Shown piece by piece: positions 1 to 16,913 of a DNA stretch of 64,000 nt. The stretch is from positions 17,360,001 through 17,424,000 of the forward strand of contig NC_058383.1 in the NCBI RefSeq assembly GCF_018350175.1, read 5' to 3'. Source of the stretch: Felis catus (lineage: Eukaryota). Below the pieces are notes generated by a model. The model made no database searches and had not been told where the DNA came from. It saw only the letters and a list, made by a program, of their open reading frames with translations. Position numbers and translations under genes: made by a program. How positions within the stretch are numbered: position 1 is the stretch's first letter; each line of letters starts with the position of its first letter.

Positions 1-218
1 ATAACCCATATAACTATATAAAGGGTATCCCTTATGTATATAAGTGCATCGCACAGTACCAAGCAAGGTAGGTGTTCAATAAATGTTTTTTTGCCATTCC
101 CTTAATTTTCTTTGACTCATAAATTAGTTATTGGGCTTAGAAGCTCAAATTGGTTATTGGGGTGGAATGCTCAAGGCCTGCGTATGGGGCCTCAGGTTGC
201 AGATCAGTAGGAGTTCTT

Positions 219-408
219 GGGGTGCCTGTGTGGCTCAATTGGTTAAGCCTTGAACTTCTGCTCAGGTCATAATTTCATGGCTGTTGAGTTCGAGCCCCAA
301 ATCGGGCTCTCTGCTGTGGTGTGGAGCCCACTTTGGACCTCTGCCCCCCTCTCTTTGCCCCTTCCCCTTGCTCTCTCTCAAAATAAACTTTAAAAAGAAA
401 AGAAAAAT
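219..408 (+). mobile_element. Can-SINE (tRNA-derived SINEC)
   Basis: ggggtgcctg..ggctca head, CT-rich body, A tail, TSD taggagttc. Confidence 0.85.
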
Positions 409-875
409 AGGAGTTCCATATGGGAGGTGGGGAGGGTGATGGCAATGGGAAGTGCTGGTAACTTGGCTTTGGGGAAATTAAAGAATTGGAGGTGGGCAAT
501 GAATGCCAAGTGTCTGGCTGCATAAGAATATGAAAAAATAAGTTAGGCAAGACAGATTAAAATTGTAATGCCTTCTCCCACTCCCCATCTTCAAGATTGT
601 CACTCTATCCACCTAAGGTTCTGGTGCCTCACTTTTGACTTCACCCAACATCTTGCAGGGATGCTCTCCTTTCTAGTTCAGGATTAACCTAGGGTTTATA
701 AATCCCTGATCCAGGTTACTACGCCAACCTCTTCACTATTCTCCTTCTACTGTGCAAATCTGTTATTTCTAGAACTATGTAGATGCTTCACCCAGATCCT
801 CTGGAATCTCTTTTTGTTGCCTCTTCAGATCCAGATTACCTTTGATTGATGTGCTTTCAAAAGCCAGAGGCTCTT

Positions 876-1104
876 GGGGCGCCTGGGTGGCGCAGTCGGT
901 TAAGCGTCCGACTTCAGCCAGGTCACGATCTCGCGGTCCGTGAGTTCGAGCCCCGCGTTGGGCTCTGGGCTGATGGCTCAGAGCCTGGAGCCTGTTTCCG
1001 ATTCTGTGTCTCCCTCTCTCTCTGCCCCTCCCCCGTTCATGCTCTGTCTCTCTCTGTCCCAAAAATAAATAAACGTTGAAAAAAAAAATTAAAAAAAAAA
1101 AAAA
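876..1104 (+). mobile_element. Young felid SINEC_Fc
   Basis: Near-consensus GGGGCGCCTGGGTGGCGCAGTCGGTTAAGCGTCCGACTTC with CpGs retained, long A tail, TSD aaaagccagaggctctt. Confidence 0.95.
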
Positions 1105-2256
1105 AAAAGCCAGAGGCTCTTTGTCAAATTATCCCTTGGACTAATAGAGCTGTGTTGCCTTAAGAAGCTGAAAAGGAAAGTTTTCAGTTTGGATGTTTAA
1201 GTACCTACCCACCCCTATTTCCCAACATAGACATTAACCAATGATTGTCAAGTAAAGGAATCCATCAATGACTGTGGAACTTAGCTCTCTTGCCTCAATT
1301 CTAAGGCAAAACTTACTAGTTCTGGACTTTTGCCTGAGATGACATCCTTGTTTGGTTTCCTGCCCTTCCCTTTCCTGCTTCCCCTACACCCTAACCAGAG
1401 CACTTTCTCAACAAATCACATGGACACAAACCCTCCTTTCAGCATCTGCTTCTACGAAATCCAAATGGAAACATCTCTTCCTAGCTTAAAATCTGTCCAT
1501 GGATCACTGCTGCCTGCAGTAAAAAGCCCATGCTTCTTGGCTGTACTCCAGCCTGACCCCCTGCACTGCAGTCAGCAGGATTTTCAGTCTGGTAAGTCAC
1601 TGTGGTTTCCACCACCTGGCATTTGACCTCCAGATACAATTCCTGTCTCCCCTCAATCCCCCACCTCCATCACCAGTCCCACCAAAGCAGGCTTTCAGGC
1701 CTGTCTTCCCCTACCCTGGGTCCCACCTGCTCTCTAGAGCCCTTTCCTTTAGCCCTCCCTACCAATGCCCCACTGTCCCTTGGCACCTGCCAGGGTATAA
1801 TCTTGTGTGTTCCTTTTCCTTGGCAGAAGCAGGCACAGCTGGCAGGCAGTATTTTTAACCTTACTCAGGCTCAGGAATCAGGTGGCTCAGGTTGCCCAGT
1901 CTGGTGACCTTCACTTCCAGAACCTGTGACTGCCAGGAAGGGAAGAGTCAGAACTGAGGCCAGAAGCTGGGCCAAGTTGGGCCTTCAAAATTATCTGGGA
2001 CCCAGAAACATTTGTTAAGTGAAATGAATGAAAGGTCTTTGCACAAACTGCCAGAGCCATCCCAGCTCCCGCCAAACCAAATGTGCAAGAGATTTGGGGG
2101 CAATTCTATACATAGCCTGCCAGGCTGTCAGGACAGTTAGAGACTAAGACATGAGCTAATTAAACCCAAGGGCCCAGGGAACCAGAATAGGGTGGAAACC
2201 AAAGCTCACCTGCGCTCCCCACACACGGGGCCCAAGAGGGCATTCAAAATGTGAAC

Positions 2257-2262
2257 TTTAAT
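2257..2262 (-). terminator. Probable BCKDK polyadenylation signal (ATTAAA)
   Basis: tttaat on the + strand, about 290 nt after the stop codon. Confidence 0.65.
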
Positions 2263-2549
2263 AACAAACAGCAGTCAAGGTAGGGGTTCCCCAGGAACAA
2301 GAATAACGGAGCTGGTGCTGGAGGCCTCAAGGGTCCCCACTTCCTCTCCTCCAAGGCCTGGAGGCAGGGAGGCAACGGACCTCTGTAGAGGAGGGGCAGC
2401 ACCGGGCTCCATGTAATTCCATATATTTGGGGCCCTAAGACCCCAGATGCAGCAGCATGTGGAGCAGGGTGGTACCCTGCCTCACCCAGAAGGTCCTGGC
2501 AGGGTGTGCAGCCCGGGCCAGGCAGGCAAGCAGGCCAAGGGCTGTGGGG

Positions 2550-5634
<3,085 letters not shown>

Positions 5635-5763
5635 CGTTCTGCTCTGCTCCTTTGTTTCTTTGTCGGACTAGGCGGCTGCTAGGGGCAGAGTACCAGATAC
5701 AAGGACACGACCCCGAAACAGGGCAGGGTGTGTGTGTGGGTCCGCAGGGTCTCTTCTCTGACT

Positions 5764-5823
5764 TCAGGGGCGACAGCAGGTCAAGGATGCTGACAAGCTC
5801 AGTCCCCAGGGAACAGTTCCCAT
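5764..5823 (-). other. Upstream ORF (19 aa, MGTVPWGLSLSASLTCCRP*) in the BCKDK 5' UTR
   Basis: The ATG is the first three nt of exon 2 (acceptor ccctttccctgacag|ATGG); TGA at 5764-5766. Confidence 0.8.
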
Positions 5824-6039
5824 CTGTCAGGGAAAGGGAAGGGGTAGTTGTAAAGATCCGAATCCAGACAATCCATGTCTCCACGTGGGCACTGGTATCA
5901 TCAGACCTGGGCAATCTCTGCCCACCCATTCAACCACCTCCCAAACACATACAGGCCGAGCCTGTAAACCTTGTTTTCCAAGGCAATTCTTCAACTTGAG
6001 GCTCTATCTGGTGTTTGGAGGGTTGGGGACCCTCAAACT

Positions 6040-6640
6040 CGTCCAGCCCGAAAACAACGCCCCGCTCCCTATGGTCCTAGGGAACCCCGTTCAGGGGGCG
6101 GGGTTGACCCCTACTCAGCGTCCTTTAGACCTGGGCCCCTCGAGTGTGGTCTGCGTATGTGTGGCACACAGTATGGTGCCCCCAACTGCCCCAAAGTAGC
6201 GGCCTGGGAGTCGCCGTCTGGGTTTCCCCTCCGCAGGGTCACTTGGTTCGGCCCGTATCCCCCCTATATGGTAGATGCCATCCCGGTCCACGCGCACTCG
6301 ACAGCCCAGCTCAATGGCGGAGGCTACGAGCGCGCGCCGCCAAGCCCCTGCAGGCAGGGTTGGCGCGGGTTGCTCCACTTACCGCGGTGCCAGGGCCAGG
6401 GCCAGGGCCAGGGCCGAGGTCCGAGCGAAACGGCCCAACAGTCCACCGGCCGGGCTAGCCGAGCCGCCTGCGCCCTCTGCCGCTGTGACGTCGCGTGGGC
6501 TTTGGAGGCCCGGTGCCTCCTGGGAGTTGTAGTTTGGAGCCAGCCCATACCGGCTACACCCGTGCTCCTGGTCCCCCAAATAAATTCCACGGCTCCCTCC
6601 ACAGGTCTCTCGGAGTTATTTGTGGTCGCCCTGGGTCTCT
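6040..6640. promoter_or_regulatory. BCKDK CpG-island promoter
   Basis: CpG-dense; CRE-like TGACGTCG at 6486-6493; ZNF143/THAP11-type ACTACAACTCCCA (minus) at 6521-6533. Confidence 0.8.
6383..6540 (-). other. BCKDK: BCKDK non-coding exon 1 (5' boundary approximate)
   Basis: Consensus donor GCG|gtaagt with the exon ending at 6383, inside the CpG island. Confidence 0.75.
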
Positions 6641-7594
6641 CTTTCCTGCTTTATAAAATGGGGTTTCTGGGAGCGAAATGAGAGAGGGCGGGAAGATCCT
6701 TAGATGCAAAGCACACAGACCAAATTCTACCTGGGTTCTTTCCCTGCTGTCCCAACCTTCTCCTTCCATCTCTTGACTCATTTATGGAAAATCAAACTGC
6801 TGGTTCAGACCCCAGCCCAGCACTTACTAGCTGGGACAACTTACTTAAACTGCTCAATGGTCTAGTTTCCATGTTGGTATAACGAGGATGTATCAACCTT
6901 GGGGTTGTCGTGTGGATATGTGAGTTTATATATGTAAATTGCCTAGAACAGTGCCAGGTGTGGGATTAGCACTATGTGGTGGCTATGTTACTATTATTCA
7001 TTCACACCTGCCACACCGATTGGGTAACTTTTCTGTGCCAGCAGAGGGGCTTGGGTATTGAATCAAATAGGTAGACCCTTCCTTGCCCCAAAGAGAAAGA
7101 CAGTTTCAGTGTCATTAATCCTGATTAGGGCTGCACAGGATGGAAGCGTTAAATAGGGTCTGGGACATTGGTACAGGTACAACATGAGTAGGACTCAGGA
7201 GCCTAAGCTGGAGTGGGAAGGGTATGGCAGGACAGAGAATAGCCTGGACAATCTGTGGATATACCTGCAGCCATGTGGAGGCTAGGAAGGAGAAGGGTCC
7301 AAGGGGGTGACCAGAACAAGATCATGAAGCGCAAGGAGTCTGCATTTGTCCTCAGGTACTAATAAGTCACTGAGGGTTTTAATTCAATCTGCTCATTAGA
7401 CAGAACCCTCTGGCAGTAGTGATTGGGAGAGTGGGAGTCAGTGAAACCAAATGCAGAAAGACAGTGAAAAAATAATTACTTTTTTCAAGCAGGAGATGAT
7501 TGGGGAGAGACTTTTCAGCATGTGTGTGTTTGTGTGTACTTGGATTTGTACTGATTGGATTTTTCTTTACCGTGGTTATGTATTTTCTAAATAT

Positions 7595-7775
7595 TAAAAA
7601 AAATAATATTTATTTTTGAGAGAGAGTGAGAGAGGGGCAGAGAGCAAGACAGGGGATCTGAAGCAGGCTCTGTGCTGACAACAGAAAGCTCAATGCGGGG
7701 TTGGAACTCATGAACCGTGAGATCATGACCTGAGCCAAAGTCGGATGCTCAATCGACTGAGCCACCCAGGAGCCC
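7595..7775 (-). mobile_element. Can-SINE
   Basis: Ends gactgagccacccaggagcccc (reverse SINE head). Confidence 0.85.
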
Positions 7776-8129
7776 CTTTTTTTAATTTTTAAATTAATAT
7801 GGTGTTAAGTGAAGCAGGCAACATCTTTGGAGCCCAAAGTCTGTCTTTAAACTTCAGCAGAGGTGGGACCCTTCACTGTGGCTGACCTGCCTGAGGAATT
7901 GGGGGAAGGTGGGCATAACCATGAGGATAAGGTTCCCTGAGTCTCTGGATTTCCTCTGTTCCCCCTCATCCCCACACCATTCCCATCCTTTCTTTCCCAG
8001 CATCGTGGCAATATCCCGGAGTGGGGCCAGAAGGCCACTCAGCTCTGGAGGCAGGCACGGCTTGGGCTGGTGGAAGAAAGAAGAAGGAAGGGTGGTTCGG
8101 TCGGGGGTGGGGGGGAGTGGAGGGTTGGG

Positions 8130-8330
8130 GGTGGGGGAACAGCACGCGCAGAGAAGCAGAGGACTCAGAGTGCTTGCAGTGTGCCAGAACTCGGCGCTCA
8201 ACGCGGCCGCGGCGTGCACCGGAGCACAGATGCCGGTGGCGTCTCGGCAGGGCTTCACCCCTTTTAACCCTGAGCGCTAGACCAGCCCTCGGCCTTAACT
8301 CGTTGCTGCCACCCGGCGGCAGAAGCTGGA
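8130..8330. promoter_or_regulatory. Small orphan CpG cluster with a CTCF-like motif
   Basis: Local CpG density (cgcggccgcggcg) amid repeats; CCACCCGGCGGCAG at 8309-8322 resembles the CTCF core. Confidence 0.45.
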
Positions 8331-8339
8331 AATACACTC

Positions 8340-9540
8340 TAGAGTTTCATAATACAGAGCTCACCGTTGCCCAGGCACTCTTCTATGAGCCTTATGTGTA
8401 TTAATTTCATCTTCATAACAGCCCTCTGAGGCAGGTACTATTGTTATTCTCATTTTACAGAAAGATTAAAATACATGTTCCCCTCTTTCCTCTCTGTCCT
8501 TTCCTCCCACCTGCACTGGCTGCAGCCACTGTGGCCTCCCTGTTGCTCCCTAAACATAACAGTAACATTCCACCTCAGAACCTCTCACTGGCTTTCTCTC
8601 TACCTGGAACACCCTTCCCCAAGATATCCACATAGCTTACTCCCTCACCTTCTTCAAGCTTCTGCCCAAATGTTAACTGAATGAAGCCCACCCTGACCAT
8701 CCTGTTCAAAACTGCAGTCACCTCCATTCCCCTCACTCTGCTCTACCTTTTATTTGTAGCACTTATCACTAACAACATACTATATATTTTATGTATGGAT
8801 GATATTAACTGCTCAGTTTTTTCCTCCTCTTCTACAATGTAAGACCAGAGCATGACTATTTCTCTGGTTTCCTAATTTATCCCAAGCTCCTAACACAATC
8901 CCCTGGCACATAACATGTGCTCAATAAACATTTGTTAAATAAATGAAGGGGATTTGGGGCTTTATCTTCTGAGCTATTGAAATGGGACACTACTTAAAGG
9001 CAGAAAGTGACAGAACTACATCATCTTTTTTTTTTTTTTTTTTTAAATAAACTCCAGGCCAAATGCTGGGCTTGAACTCACAGCCCTGAGATCAAGAGTC
9101 ACATGTTCTACCAACTGAGCCAGCCAGGTGCCCTACCTCATAATTTTTTAAATGGATCACTTTGATTGCAGTATGGAGAATCAATCTGTGGATGCTGGAC
9201 AAGTATTCCTGGGAGACCAGTGAGGAGACTACTGTATTTATCTAGGTGGGAGGTGATGGTAGCTTGGACCAGGGTAGTGGTCTGCATAGATTACAGGGAT
9301 TGAGAAAATAGTCCAAGAGGAGTGGCTTAGGTGGATGGAGGGGCCATATTTAAAATGGGAAACTCCAGAGAAGGAACAGGTTTGGGGAAATGTAAGGGGT
9401 TCACTTTTGGGTGCATTGCATTGCATCTCATTGGCCTATGAGGCATCCAGATGGTGACATCTAAGAGGTGTTTCTCTGGGGTTTGGAGCCCAGGAGACAG
9501 ATCTGTTCAGAGGTTGGAAGTTGTGACCTGCAGGAAGTAA
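8340..9540. mobile_element. MIR and L2 fragments with an embedded short Can-SINE (about 9030-9133)
   Basis: MIR core (cattttacagaaag), L2 3' end (ctcaataaacatttgttaaataaatga), L2 body motifs. Boundaries approximate. Confidence 0.6.
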
Positions 9541-9569
9541 GAGAAGACAGGGGAGAAAATAATGTTGCC

Positions 9570-10879
9570 CCGTGTAGCAGTTTGTATTTCTGAAAATGGT
9601 CCGCCCCACATGAACTTCTTAGAATATGACTTTGACACTTCTCAGATCAAGAGATGGAGTTCTGGGGTGCCTGGGTGACTCAGTCAGTTGAGCATCCGAC
9701 TCTTGATTCTGGTTCAGGTAGTGATCCCAGGGTTGTGGGATCAAGCCCCGTGTTGGGCTCTGTGCTGANNNNNNNNNNNNNNNNNNNNNNNNNNNNNNNN
9801 NNNNNNNNNNNNNNNNNNNNNNNNNNNNNNNNNNNNNNNNNNNNNNNNNNNNNNNNNNNNNNNNNNNNNNNNNNNNNNNNNNNNNNNNNNNNNNNNNNNN
9901 NNNNNNNNNNNNNNNNNNNNNNNNGAACTGAGGAGGCTTCTGTATAGTGAAAGGGATACTATGTGACTTTAAATGCACCGGGTGGCTCAGTCGGTTAAGC
10001 TTCTGACTTCAGCCCAGGTCATGATCTCTCGGTCCGTGAGTTCCAGCCCCATGTCAGGCTCTGTGCTGACAGCTCAGAGCCTGAGCCTACTTCACATTCT
10101 GTGTCTCCCTCTCTTTGCCCCTCCCCCACTCATGCTCTGTCTGTCTCTGAAAAATGAATAAACCTTTAAAAAGTTTTAAATAAAAGCTAAATCATAAAAA
10201 ATGATGCAGCTTCCACTTGGCTCCCTGGAGCACTTGTACTAGAATCCTGAGCTCCCATGAAAGCAGTCTGACTGCCCTATATTAATCAACTATCACTGTG
10301 TAACAAATTATTATCACAACATAGCAGCTCAAAGTAACAAACATTTATTATGTCACACAGTTTCTTTCGGGCAGGAAGCTAAGCTGCTTGGTTCTGGCTC
10401 ATGGTCTCTCATGAAGTTGCAATCAATATGTTGGTTGAAAGTACAGCCATCTGAAGGCTTGACTGGTGCTGGAGAATCCAATTCCAGGGTGGCTGTCTCA
10501 CATGTTTGGCAAGTTAATGCTGGTTGTTGGCAAAAGGCTTTAGTTCTTTACTAGGTGGACTGTTTCCTTGGGCTGCTTAAGTGTCCTCATAACATACCAA
10601 CTGGCTTCACCCAGAGCCAGTGATCTAAGAGGAAGCAAGGTGGAAGCTGCCATATCTTTATGACTTAGCTGTGAAAGTGACACACTATAATTTCTGTATT
10701 ATCCTACAGGCTCAGGTCAACCCTGCCTAGCATGGGAAGAGACTACACAATGGTGTGAATACTAGAAAATGGAAATCATTCAGAGCAATTTTGAAAGCTG
10801 ACTATTGTAGCCTGGGGGCTGCTATGCTGGGAGGAAGCCCAAACTAGTCCTTATAGAGAGACTACATGGATCTTGAGAC

Positions 10880-10924
<45 letters not shown>

Positions 10925-12480
10925 TGGGTGACTCAGTCAGTTAAGCATCTGACTTCAGCTCAGATCATGATCTCATGGTTTGTGGGTTTGAGCCTCGCAT
11001 TGAGCTCTGTGTGGACAGCTCAGAGCCTGGAGCCTGCCCTCCCCCACTCCCATTCTGTCTGTCTTTCTTTCTCTCTCTCAAAAATAAATAAACATCAAAA
11101 AAATGTTTTTAAAGAGAGAAAGAACTGTTAGGTTCTCCCTCAGCTACTTCAATCTCTCATTGTTCCAGCATTAACCATCATCTGACTGCAAATATGGGAG
11201 CCAGACTCCTCAGCCAAAATTCTCTTTCCAAATTCCTAACCTATAAAATATGTAAAAGCAAATAAAATGACTGTTATCATTTTAAGCCATTCTTTTTTGT
11301 GTGGTGATTTGTTGAACAGCAGTGTGTCCTCAATGATTCCCACCTTCTGGTACTCATACCACTCAGCAGTCTCTTCCCACACTGAACAGGGCCGACCTGA
11401 CCCCACAGGATAATAGAAAGAGAGGCCTAAGTCCTAGCCCTCTGTTTTGGTTTCCTATCACTGCTGTAACAAATTACCACAAATTTAGTGGCTTAAAACA
11501 ACATGAATTTCTTGTCTTATAGTCCTGCAGTTCAGAAGTCCAACATGGGTCTCACTGGGCTAAAATTAAGACGTCAGCAGTTCCTTTATGGACACTCTAG
11601 GCAGCATCCATTTCTTTGCCTCTTCCTGCTTTACCACTCATACTCCTTACTTCATGACCTCCTTCCTCCATCTTCAAAGCCAGCAACATTGCATCTCTCT
11701 GTGCCTTTCTGCCATAGTCCCACCTCCCTCTGACACCCTTCTTCACTTTTTTATGTTAAATGTTTATTTTCAAGGCAGGGGAGGGGCAGAGAGAGAAGGG
11801 GACACAGAATTTGAAGCAGGCTCCAGGCTCTTCACTATCAGCACAGAGCCCGACACGGGGCTCGAACCCATGAACTGTGAGATCATGACCTGAGCCTAAG
11901 TCCGATGCTCAACAGACTGAGCCAGCCAGGTGCCCCTGCCCTTTTTCACTTTTGAAAAAAAAAAAAGTTTATTTTTTTTGTAATCTCTACACTCAAGGTG
12001 GGGCTCAAACTCACAACCCTGAGATCAAGAGTCTCGTGCTTTTCTGACTGAGCCAGTCATATGCCCCCCACCCCAGCCCATTTTCACTTTAAGTACCCCT
12101 GTGATTATATTGGACCCATAGGATAATATTTTAAAACCAGATTAGGGGCACCTGGAAGGTTCAGTCAGTTCAGCATCTGACTCTTGATTTCAGCTCAGGT
12201 TCGTGAGATCGAACCCCACATTGGGCTCTAAGCTGAAAGCATGGAGGCTGCTTGGGGTTCTCTCTGTCTCCTTCTCTTTGCCCCTCCTCTGCTCACTTTC
12301 TGTCTCTATCTCTCAAAATAAATAAACTTTTTAAAAAGTTTATTAAAACCAGCAGATTAATAACCTTAATTCCATCTGCAACCTTAATTCCTGTTTGCCA
12401 TGGAATCTGACATATCCACTGGTCTCAGGGATTTGAACATGGGCATCTTTGGGAGCTGTTATTCTACCACCATGCTGCCT
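9570..12480. mobile_element. Nested MaLR (MLT1-type) LTR fragments interrupted by several Can-SINEs
   Basis: MLT-type motifs (ctgtaacaaattaccacaaatttagtggcttaaaacaac). SINEs at about 9664-9768, 9977-10180, 10925-11105, 11750-11936, 11960-12067 and 12145-12335; (GA)n at 10884-10922. Confidence 0.65.
9769..9923. other. Assembly gap (N run)
   Basis: Run of n. Confidence 1.
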
Positions 12481-13429
12481 AGAAGAAGAAGAGTGCCTCT
12501 GAGAAGGAACTGCCATAGAGAGAGGAGAGCCATCAGGAAAGTGAAATATCACAGAATCCAGAGAAAGTTCCTGGGAAGGAGTGCTCAACAGTGACTAATA
12601 CTGTTGAGAGGTCAAGAATGATAAGAACTCAAAAATATCTATTGGAGGGGCACCTGGCTGGCTCAGTAGGAAGAGCATGTGACTCTTAATCTCGCAGTGC
12701 GAGTTCGAGCCCCCAACTTTGGGTGCAGAGATTACTAGAAAACATACCCATATATAGATATATACAGATATATCCATTGGATTTAACATCCTGGTGACAT
12801 CAGCCATCAGTTGTCAAGGGAGTGTTTGGGAGCAGGAGCTAGTTTATGTTGTGCTGGGCTGCAAGGAAGAAGTGAGGAAGTACAGACTGGAAGTGTAAAA
12901 TCTTCCCAAAAACTTGATTGTGAAGGGAGATTTGTCACTGTTTCTAAAATGGGGAAAGAGAACCGAGTTTCAATGCAGATGAAAAGGAAGAAGAGGTATA
13001 GGAGAAATGGGTCATCAGTAGATGCCATTATTGCGATGGAAAGAGCACAGCTAGCCTACCGAACAAAGGCTTGTAAAAGAGGGACTGTTGGGTTGATCCA
13101 GACTCAGGTTTTGCCACAATAAAACAGAGGTTAGGATAATGTCAAGGGTGTGGCGGTGGTGATGGCGCTGGGAATTTGAGGAAGAGAGAGACTGGTCGGC
13201 AGGAGGGAATGGTTGAGCAAGCACTGAGGATTGGAGATTATAGTGCTAATAGTATCTGAAATAATAATTTCAGGGAAAATGCTGGTTCTTGATCGGACCG
13301 CAGTATTCGCTGGATTCCCTGATCCGCTGGTCTCTAGGTCCTGGATGTTCCAGTGCTTCGAACAGAGTCTGGCATAGCCTAAGCGCTATACTGTTAGCCA
13401 CATTAATATAATTTTTTTTTTTTTTAAAC

Positions 13430-13740
13430 TCGGAGACTCCATTTCCCTTGAGGCGCTGCGGCCGCTCGGACTACTACTCCCATCATGCCTGACAGGCCTT
13501 GTGCTCGGTAATTACCCCTAATCCCTAATCTAGTTTTTCAGTCCCAGCATTCCTCCCTGTTTTCCTACCTTGCCAGCACGCCCATCAAGTACTAGGAACA
13601 ACCAGTGGATCAGGGAGTGCGAGACCGGTCAGGCCAATCGCCCAGTCAGAGGGGCGGGAGAGGGCGTGGCCACATCCTGCCCCGCCCCTGCTCCGTGGCT
13701 TGTTCCCTCCGGGCTGGCGCCTCGGGAGGTACCGTAAATC
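13430..13740 (+). promoter_or_regulatory. VKORC1 promoter / CpG island
   Basis: ZNF143-like ACTACTACTCCCA at 13470-13482; CCAAT at 13634-13638; GC box GGGGCGGG at 13651-13658; directly upstream of the ATG at 13741. Confidence 0.8.
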
Positions 13741-15532
<1,792 letters not shown>

Positions 15533-15764
15533 GCCTTCACCCAAGCCAGGCTGACCTCATGCTCTGCTTTGGCATGTGAGCCTTGCCCAAGGGGGCCCTG
15601 TCTCTGTCCTTATAAAAGTCTGCAACCTGACCCCACCATACTCCCACACAGGACAATGGACCAAATGTGCCACACTCTTTCCTCAACCCTAGTGCCTCTG
15701 TCTCTCTCCCCAAGGACTGGTTTCCAAAGCTCCTGCCATTGCCCAAGGAGAGAAGGTTCTGAGC

Positions 15765-15770
15765 AATAAA
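15765..15770 (+). terminator. VKORC1 polyadenylation signal AATAAA
   Basis: AATAAA about 230 nt after the TGA. Confidence 0.85.
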
Positions 15771-16430
15771 ATTTCTTAAATAAATTAGCTAAGTCTGAGC
15801 CATCTGTCTACGAGGAACCCTAGTGTTGAGCCTCCCCCAGTCTTGCCTCCTCTGGAGTGGAAGGATGAGTCAGAGGGAGAGTGGAGGGCCTGCCTGAGAA
15901 GGGTGGTTAGTCCCTTCTCCAGCGTGTGGAGTCAGCAAGACCTGGGGCGCCATTGGCCCCTACCCCCAGGAAGCAAGCTGGTGGCTTATCCTTGCTGCCC
16001 AACGAGAGCCAAACGTTCTTTCCTGGGAAAGCCAAGCACACACTTGCAAGGGAAAAGTTCTGTCCATGCTTGCTGGGAAGTTCTTCTATGATCTGACCTT
16101 AACCCCGCGAGCTGCCTTATCTACCACCCCAAGCCAGTCCTGGCAGCTCTGGAGGACCAGGGACATGTTTCGAATATTTTTTATTTTTCATGATATATAC
16201 TAAGCATTTACATGCCAAGCACTGCTTAAGAATATGACATGTGTTAACTCATAATCTTTATATATCCAGCTGTATGAGGTAGGTACTCTTATCCCTATCT
16301 TGATGAGGAAACTGAGGTAGAGAGCATAAGTAGTTTGCCTAAGATCACACAGCTAGTGCTGGGGAGGGGGTTAGGGAGCCCTCAGGATTTGACTCCACCA
16401 GGGCCATCTGGCTCCAGTGTCTATGCTCTT

Positions 16431-16913
16431 TTTTTTTTTTTTTTTAATTAAAAAGAAAAAAAATTTTTAATGTGTATTTATTTTTGAAGGAGAAGGAGAC
16501 AGAGAATGAGCTGGGGAGGGGCAGAGAGAGAGGGAGACACAGAATCTGAAGCAGGCTCCAGGCTCTGAGCTGTCAGCACAGAGCCCAACGTGGGGCTCAA
16601 ACTCACAAACTGTGAGATCATGACCTGAGTCGAAGTTGGACGCTTAACCAACTGATCCACCCAGGCACCCCTCTTTTTTTTTTTTAATGTTTTTAAATGT
16701 TTTATGTATTTTTGAGAGAGAGAGAGAGACAGACAGAGTGCAAGTGGGGTGGGGGGTGATGAGCAGAGAAAGAGGCAGACACAGAATCCGAAGCAGGCAC
16801 CCAGCTCTGATCTGTCAGTACAGAGCCCAGCATGGGGCTTGAACCCACAAACTGTGAGATCATGACCTGAGCCAAAGTCGGATGCCTAACCGACTGAGCC
16901 ACCCAGGTGCCCC
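16431..16913 (-). mobile_element. Two tandem Can-SINEs sharing one TSD, inserted at the end of a MIR
   Basis: SINE heads end near 16671 and 16913; TSD ccagtgtctatgctctt at 16414-16430 and 16915-16931. Confidence 0.9.

Noticed and set aside
876-960. tRNA-like A/B boxes
   Set aside because: These are heads of tRNA-derived SINEs followed by CT-rich bodies and A tails, not tRNA genes.
775-1079. ORFs such as 775-1062 and 846-1079, and similar ones near 9973, 10928, 16478, 16702, 35508, 44768, 47322, 53139 and 62734
   Set aside because: All are translations of Can-SINE sequence (recurrent AQSVKxxTSAQVMIS peptides), not genes.
1-2200. KAT8 exons expected from synteny beyond BCKDK; CRISPR arrays or rRNA anywhere in the window
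   Set aside because: No KAT8-like coding sequence is visible here (repeat-rich intergenic DNA). This is eukaryotic DNA with no repeat-spacer arrays or rRNA-like sequence.
5971-6681. 236-aa ORF in the BCKDK CpG island, and similar ORFs at 32616-33215 and 60643-61480
   Set aside because: Low-complexity R/P/G/A-rich products of stop-poor GC-rich promoter DNA.
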